The position numbers and the translations under genes were made by a program. A stretch of DNA of 64,000 bases from Phycisphaeraceae bacterium (GTDB lineage Bacteria; Planctomycetota; Phycisphaerae; Phycisphaerales; Phycisphaeraceae), in contig OY771506.1 of assembly GCA_963674705.1 (NCBI GenBank), positions 640,001 through 704,000 of the forward strand, read 5' to 3'. The notes beneath the pieces are model-generated. The model saw nothing but the letters and a program-made list of their open reading frames with translations, was not told the origin of the DNA and searched no databases. Of the stretch, positions 59,072 to 64,000 are shown piece by piece; position 1 is the first letter of the stretch, and the number at the start of each line of letters is the position of its first letter.

Positions 59072-59914
59072 TCAGCGTCGCCGGATCAGGACACCGCCCA
59101 GGCCCAACGAGATCAGGCCGAGTGTCGCAGGTTCGGGCACGACGGCCGAGGTCGCTTCGTCTTGGCTGGCGCTCGCGGGTGTGATCGGCGTGAAGATCGG
59201 ATCAAGCGGCTCAAAGCCGTCGTTATCATCAATCAGATCGCCCGGGACAACCGGATCGCCATCTAACGGGATGTACCCGCCGCCATTGATGAAGTCGTAC
59301 TTGTGGACAATATCATATGCATATCCTTCCAGATCGCTTAGAAGTTTGAAATAATGATCATAAGGATTTTCGTTGGGATAATAGTACGAGAAGTATGAAA
59401 AACCATACTGCAGGTAGCCGTCATAATCCTGGATAGCTTCGACGTAATCATTGTAAAGATTGATGTCATACGTCATGTTCACAAGATCGTTATATGCGTA
59501 GAAAAGCGGATTCCCCGTGTTCAATGTATAGGCGTTCTGCCCGGTGAACATGTTCTTGTACAGTTCAACATCTGATAAATGGTAAGCGGATGCGATTAAC
59601 TTCTCGTATTCTTCATACGACATTTCAGAAAAGTCAAAACCACTTCCGCTCAAATCCGGCATCGGGAAAGAAAACGGGTTCGGCGCCTCATACACCGCGT
59701 AAGAATCCGCATCACCAAACAAACCGAGTGTGCTGAACGTCAGGTAGGTTTGGATGCCGGCGTCGAGTTGGATCTTGCTGCGTTTCAGATCACCGATCGT
59801 GCGGATCTTCGTGTTACCACTGCCTCGGTACTGCTGAGCCTGAACCGGATAAGCAGCGACCAAGGAAAGAACCGTGACGGCGAGACAGATTTTGGTCAAT
59901 AATGATTGATGCAT
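59072..59914 (-). CDS. Secreted Tyr-rich PEP-CTERM protein
   Basis: Signal peptide, Tyr/Asp-rich core, VVPEPATLGLISLGLGGVLIRRR tail. Confidence 0.8.
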   Translation of the reverse strand: MHQSLLTKICLAVTVLSLVAAYPVQAQQYRGSGNTKIRTIGDLKRSKIQLDAGIQTYLTFSTLGLFGDADSYAVYEAPNPFSFPMPDLSGSGFDFSEMSYEEYEKLIASAYHLSDVELYKNMFTGQNAYTLNTGNPLFYAYNDLVNMTYDINLYNDYVEAIQDYDGYLQYGFSYFSYYYPNENPYDHYFKLLSDLEGYAYDIVHKYDFINGGGYIPLDGDPVVPGDLIDDNDGFEPLDPIFTPITPASASQDEATSAVVPEPATLGLISLGLGGVLIRRR

Positions 59915-60055
59915 GATGAACCCCGGGACGCTTTACGCCCCAACATAAAATGGACCCACAAAGTAAACCCCACTGATGCCTAAAGTGTATTCGCAAAGTG
60001 GTTTGGGGGCAAGGAAAAACCACCAGGACCTGCCGTTCTGTAGCGATATTAACGG

Positions 60056-61714
60056 CTAATTGCGGGGATTATCAGCCCGGCCGGTATTATCGGACGGCGA
60101 CTGATACGCCCCGATATCCACCGGCAACCCCGCAGAAACGGGATTCGCCCAGAAGTCGAACCGCCCGTGGCTGGAAAGGCGGATGCCCGCCCCTCTAAGT
60201 GGAGAATTGGACTGGGTTTGGTAGCCATTGAGACCCAGCTCCATGCTCTGGCCCATCCCCGGATCAATAAACAGCGGGTCTGCCGTCACCGGATTCAGCT
60301 CATCGGCCGGCCTCTGGCAGTCACCAAAATAGGCGTTGTGCTGGAACCGGATCGCAGGTGCTTGCCCCTCTTTGACCGGGACTTCCCCCATCTCCAGGAC
60401 CGCAGAACCCTTTGTGAAAAATGCGTTATTCGCCAGTAGTGCACTCGGTTGCCCAGCCCCCGCACCGCTGACTTGCAGCATGACGCTCTGCTTCTCGGGA
60501 CCACAATAGACCGTGTTGTTGTAAAGCATCGCCTCCCGGACCGGGCCCGTTACCAGGAACGCCGTCTGATCGTTCTGGCTGATGTTGTAGCGGACAGCCG
60601 TCTGATCGTTGCCGACATCACCTCGATTCGCAACGGCCTTGACCGGGTTGCTAGCAACAACCGCCATCGCGCCGCTGTTGTCGTGTGAGAAGTTGAACTG
60701 AAGTGTGTTCTCTCGACTGTTGGCTCCACAACGAAGCGCTGCACTTTTCTGCCCAGCAGTAAGACTCACCTCGTTGAACTGCACCAGCGAGTTATCGCAT
60801 GCCTCAAGCACAACGCCGGCCGCTTCGCCCGACTCGGCTTTGCCCGCGCTTTCAATCTTGTTGTATTCAATGATCGCGTTCTGGCAGCCCGTGAGTCGGA
60901 TGCCGTCGCCCGCAATGTCTTTGATGCTGTTCTCCCGGATGTTGACGTCGACATTTGCCAGCCAGCGGGCGCGATCGGTATGACCGCTGATGATGCAAAT
61001 GCCGTTGCGAGCCGCATCCTGAATCATACATTTTTCGATGAGCACGCCTTCAAAACGCGTCGGATTATTCATCCCGCGATTACGGAAGACAATCGCCGCC
61101 CCCTCGCCCAGGCCCGGCTCATCCTCGCCGTTGACATCATGCACAAACAGGTTGACCAGCTCGAAGTCCCCCACCGCCCCGAGGTCTTCAGCAAGCACAC
61201 TGATGCCGAAACGAAACGCTTCCGGCTTATCCCCCTTGTTCGTCAGCTCAAGATTCCTGACATGCCAGGCGCTGGTGTTCTCCAGCATAAGCGCCGCATC
61301 GTAGTCGCCCTCGGCATGGATCGCCGGCCGATCCCCATCCCCGTAAGAATCGATCGTCACCGGCCGGCCGGGTATCCCCGATCCCTTGGGGAACAATTGC
61401 CCGTGATACACCGTCCCCGCCTTGATGTAGATCGTGTCGCCCGGCGCGAACTGCGTCGAGTTGACCCGGCTAAGTGTCTTCCACGCCGACGTCGGCCGGG
61501 TGCCACGCGCCTCGTCATTGCCCGATTCGGCGTCCAGGTAATACGTCGTGTTCCCCGGCGACTTAAACGCGATCAACTGCCCGAACTGCGCCTGAGAACT
61601 GCTCGGCACAAAGCTCGGCAACAGACACAACATCCCCACCAGCAGCGCAGCAACCACAAACGCCCTTGGGCGAGCTAAGGCAACAGAATATCGGACAGTT
61701 CTAAACCTCAACAT
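60056..61714 (-). CDS. Secreted right-handed parallel beta-helix repeat protein
   Basis: TYYLDAESGND...AWKTL...APGDTI, FPKGSG, repeated N-ladder, DFWANP...DIGAYQ. Confidence 0.8.
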   Translation of the reverse strand: MLRFRTVRYSVALARPRAFVVAALLVGMLCLLPSFVPSSSQAQFGQLIAFKSPGNTTYYLDAESGNDEARGTRPTSAWKTLSRVNSTQFAPGDTIYIKAGTVYHGQLFPKGSGIPGRPVTIDSYGDGDRPAIHAEGDYDAALMLENTSAWHVRNLELTNKGDKPEAFRFGISVLAEDLGAVGDFELVNLFVHDVNGEDEPGLGEGAAIVFRNRGMNNPTRFEGVLIEKCMIQDAARNGICIISGHTDRARWLANVDVNIRENSIKDIAGDGIRLTGCQNAIIEYNKIESAGKAESGEAAGVVLEACDNSLVQFNEVSLTAGQKSAALRCGANSRENTLQFNFSHDNSGAMAVVASNPVKAVANRGDVGNDQTAVRYNISQNDQTAFLVTGPVREAMLYNNTVYCGPEKQSVMLQVSGAGAGQPSALLANNAFFTKGSAVLEMGEVPVKEGQAPAIRFQHNAYFGDCQRPADELNPVTADPLFIDPGMGQSMELGLNGYQTQSNSPLRGAGIRLSSHGRFDFWANPVSAGLPVDIGAYQSPSDNTGRADNPRN

Positions 61715-61852
61715 GAACCTGCCATTTAACCCTATCGTCGGAGATATGACACCAATAGGTTAACGCTTATCGGCAGCTTTTGCAGGGATCGCGCGGAGAC
61801 AGACACAGAACACACCAGAGCGTTCCCATACCAAACGATGCGTTCAACCAGT

Positions 61853-61876
61853 AGCCCCACGCGGGAGCGTGGGGCT
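61853..61876. repeat. REP-like hairpin downstream of thrS
   Basis: AGCCCCACGC-GGGA-GCGTGGGGCT. Confidence 0.55.
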
Positions 61877-61907
61877 GAACCGTGGGCTTAAACGTGACCA
61901 CCACGCC

Positions 61908-64000
61908 TTAGAGTGATCGGCTGTCACGCTCCTTCGTCACCTTCTTGACAAACTCATCCAACGGCACCGCACCCTGGTCGCCTTCACTGCGGTGGCGCAC
62001 ACTCACCGTGCCGGCCTCCGCGTCCTTGCCGCCGACGACGAGCATGTAAGGCACCTTATCTTCCTGCGCAACCTTGATCTTCGAGTTCAGCCGTTCGTTG
62101 CCGTCATCGATCCCGACACGGAACCCCGCATCCTTGAGCGTGGCTTCAACCTGCTCCGCATAATCAACGAACTTGTCGCTGATCGGCAACACACGCACCT
62201 GCTGCGGGGAAAGCCACAGCGGGAACGCGCCGTTGAAGTGCTCGATCAGCACGCCGATGAAACGCTCCATGCTGCCGAACGGCGCGCGGTGGATCATCAC
62301 CGGCCGGTGCGGCTGATTGTCCGCGCCCGTGTAGCTTAGGTCGAATCGGATCGGCAGTTGGTAATCCACCTGCACCGTACCGAGCTGCCATTCACGGCCG
62401 ATCACATCCTTCACGACAAAGTCGATCTTCGGCCCATAGAACGCGGCCTCGCCCGATTCCTGGCTGAACTCAACGCCTAGGCTCTTCGCCGCCTTGAGAC
62501 ACGCGGCCTCGGCCTTGTCCCACTGCGACGGCTCGCCGACATACTTCTCGCTGTCCGGGTCACGCAGACCAACACGCACGCGGTAATCGCTCATCCCCAG
62601 CGTGTTGAAGACGATCTTCACCAGTTCAAGACAGCCTTGCAGTTCGTCCGCGAGTTGCGTCTCCGTGCAGAACAGGTGTGCATCGTCCTGCGTGAAACCG
62701 CGCACGCGCGTCATCCCGCCAAGCTCCCCTGACTGCTCCCAGCGATACACCGTGCCGAACTCCGCGATGCGGATCGGCAGGTCGCGGTAACTGTGCTTAT
62801 CGCTGTCAAAGATGCGGATGTGGTGCGGGCAGTTCATCGGCTTAAGCAGGTAGCCGTCGATCTCGCCCGCTTCCATCTGGTTCGACAACTGCGCACAGCT
62901 ACACCCTTCATCCGCAAGCTGTTTCACCTGCTCGCGACTGACAAGCGGCGGGTACTGGCTGTCCTGGTAGTACGGGTAGTGACCGCTCGTTTTGTACAGA
63001 TCAAGCTTACCGATGTGCGGCGTGAAGACCTGGTAGTACCCCTGCCGCGTCAGGTGTTCGAGGATGAAGTTCTGCAATTCCTGCCGCACGATCGAGCCGT
63101 TCGGCTTCCAGAGGACAAGCCCCTGCCCGACCTTTTCGTCGATCGTAAAGAGTCCCAGGCGGGGCCCGATCACGCGGTGGTCGCGCTGCCGTGCCTGTTC
63201 GAGGTTTTCCATGTATTCATCAAGATCAGCCTGCGTGAAGAACGCCGTGCCGTAGATGCGCTGGAACCGGTCGGACTCGATGTCGCCGTGCCAGTGCGAG
63301 CTTGCAACGCTCATCACCTTGAACGCACCAATCACACCCGTGCTCGGGACGTGCGGCCCCATGCACAGGTCTTCAAACTGACTCACCTTCGGCGGCTTGG
63401 CCGGCATCGACCAGGGCTTGACGCCATCCGCGCCGCCCGTGATGTACCACGACAACGTCGTCGCGCCGCCTTCACACGCACGCATCGCGTTATCGACCTT
63501 GTACTTGTTGCCCTCGGCCTTGAGCTTCGGGAAGCCCGTATCAACATCCAACTCGTACCGCGTGAACGGCCGATCCTCTTCAATGATTTTTTTCATCTCC
63601 GCTTCGATCTTGCCGAAGTCGTCGCTGCTGATCGAATCGTCGAGCTTGATGTCGTAATAGAATCCGTTATCCAAAGGCGGGCCGTACGCAAGCTGCGTGT
63701 TGGGCCAGAGCCGGCAGATCGCCTCCGCCATCACGTGGGCGCACGAGTGCCGCAGCAGGTACAACGCATCGGCGTCCGGCTTGCCGTCACGCCACTTGCT
63801 CTTGCCCTGCTTGTCCTCACGCGGCTTGGTGATGATCGCGAGCTTGCTGTCCTTCTCGATCGGCCGATTCAGATCAACCAGCTTCCCGTCCACCTTCGCA
63901 CCGATCGCGGCCTTGGCCAAACCCGCACCGATATCCGCCGCCACATCCGCAGCCGAAACTGACCCTTCAAACACCTTCTGACTGCCGTCCGGCAGAGTAA
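61908..64000 (-). CDS. thrS: Threonine--tRNA ligase (start lies just outside the window)
   Basis: RHSCAH, DLCMGPHV, RDHR, KPMNCPHH, RVRGFTQDDAH, HRAPFGSMERF; frame open to the window end (TLPDGSQKVFEG). Confidence 0.97.
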   Translation of the reverse strand, partial: TLPDGSQKVFEGSVSAADVAADIGAGLAKAAIGAKVDGKLVDLNRPIEKDSKLAIITKPREDKQGKSKWRDGKPDADALYLLRHSCAHVMAEAICRLWPNTQLAYGPPLDNGFYYDIKLDDSISSDDFGKIEAEMKKIIEEDRPFTRYELDVDTGFPKLKAEGNKYKVDNAMRACEGGATTLSWYITGGADGVKPWSMPAKPPKVSQFEDLCMGPHVPSTGVIGAFKVMSVASSHWHGDIESDRFQRIYGTAFFTQADLDEYMENLEQARQRDHRVIGPRLGLFTIDEKVGQGLVLWKPNGSIVRQELQNFILEHLTRQGYYQVFTPHIGKLDLYKTSGHYPYYQDSQYPPLVSREQVKQLADEGCSCAQLSNQMEAGEIDGYLLKPMNCPHHIRIFDSDKHSYRDLPIRIAEFGTVYRWEQSGELGGMTRVRGFTQDDAHLFCTETQLADELQGCLELVKIVFNTLGMSDYRVRVGLRDPDSEKYVGEPSQWDKAEAACLKAAKSLGVEFSQESGEAAFYGPKIDFVVKDVIGREWQLGTVQVDYQLPIRFDLSYTGADNQPHRPVMIHRAPFGSMERFIGVLIEHFNGAFPLWLSPQQVRVLPISDKFVDYAEQVEATLKDAGFRVGIDDGNERLNSKIKVAQEDKVPYMLVVGGKDAEAGTVSVRHRSEGDQGAVPLDEFVKKVTKERDSRSL

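Noticed and set aside
62793..63962. 389 aa plus-strand ORF
   Set aside because: Antisense shadow of thrS, typical of GC-rich codon bias

Overview
A GC-rich bacterial window, very probably from a planctomycete of class Phycisphaerae. That call is inferred from nine PEP-CTERM proteins, two prepilin-type DUF1559-like genes and a PVM-type microcompartment locus. It is a carbohydrate-foraging region with four parts. (1) 1.7-18.7 kb: a GntR/LacI-type regulon marked by five copies of the palindrome TATAGCA-N4-TGCTATA. It covers PEP-CTERM proteins, two GH71/GH99-like enzymes, a prepilin-like protein, GH65 and beta-phosphoglucomutase, and is a probable alpha-1,3-glucan pathway; a GH38 operon diverges from it. 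(2) 18.7-30.3 kb: a PVM-like microcompartment operon with no terminal dehydrogenase, divergently paired with PduS-like, PduT-like and orphan class I aldolase-like genes. (3) 30-51 kb: a second glycan block with an SSS transporter, two DUF4832-like paralogs, a ROK regulator with nucleotidyltransferase and GHMP kinase, a GntR regulator, a prepilin-like protein, spherulin-4/GH135 and PEP-CTERM proteins. (4) 51-64 kb: a Tat-exported PaoABC-like molybdoenzyme, GH43, a frameshifted TlpA, a beta-helix protein and thrS. Two copies of a perfect 33-35 bp palindrome, each followed by a decayed ArsR fragment, bracket the 42.4-56.9 kb block. No rRNA, tRNA, CRISPR array or transposase was seen. All family calls come from motif recognition by eye; no searches were run.
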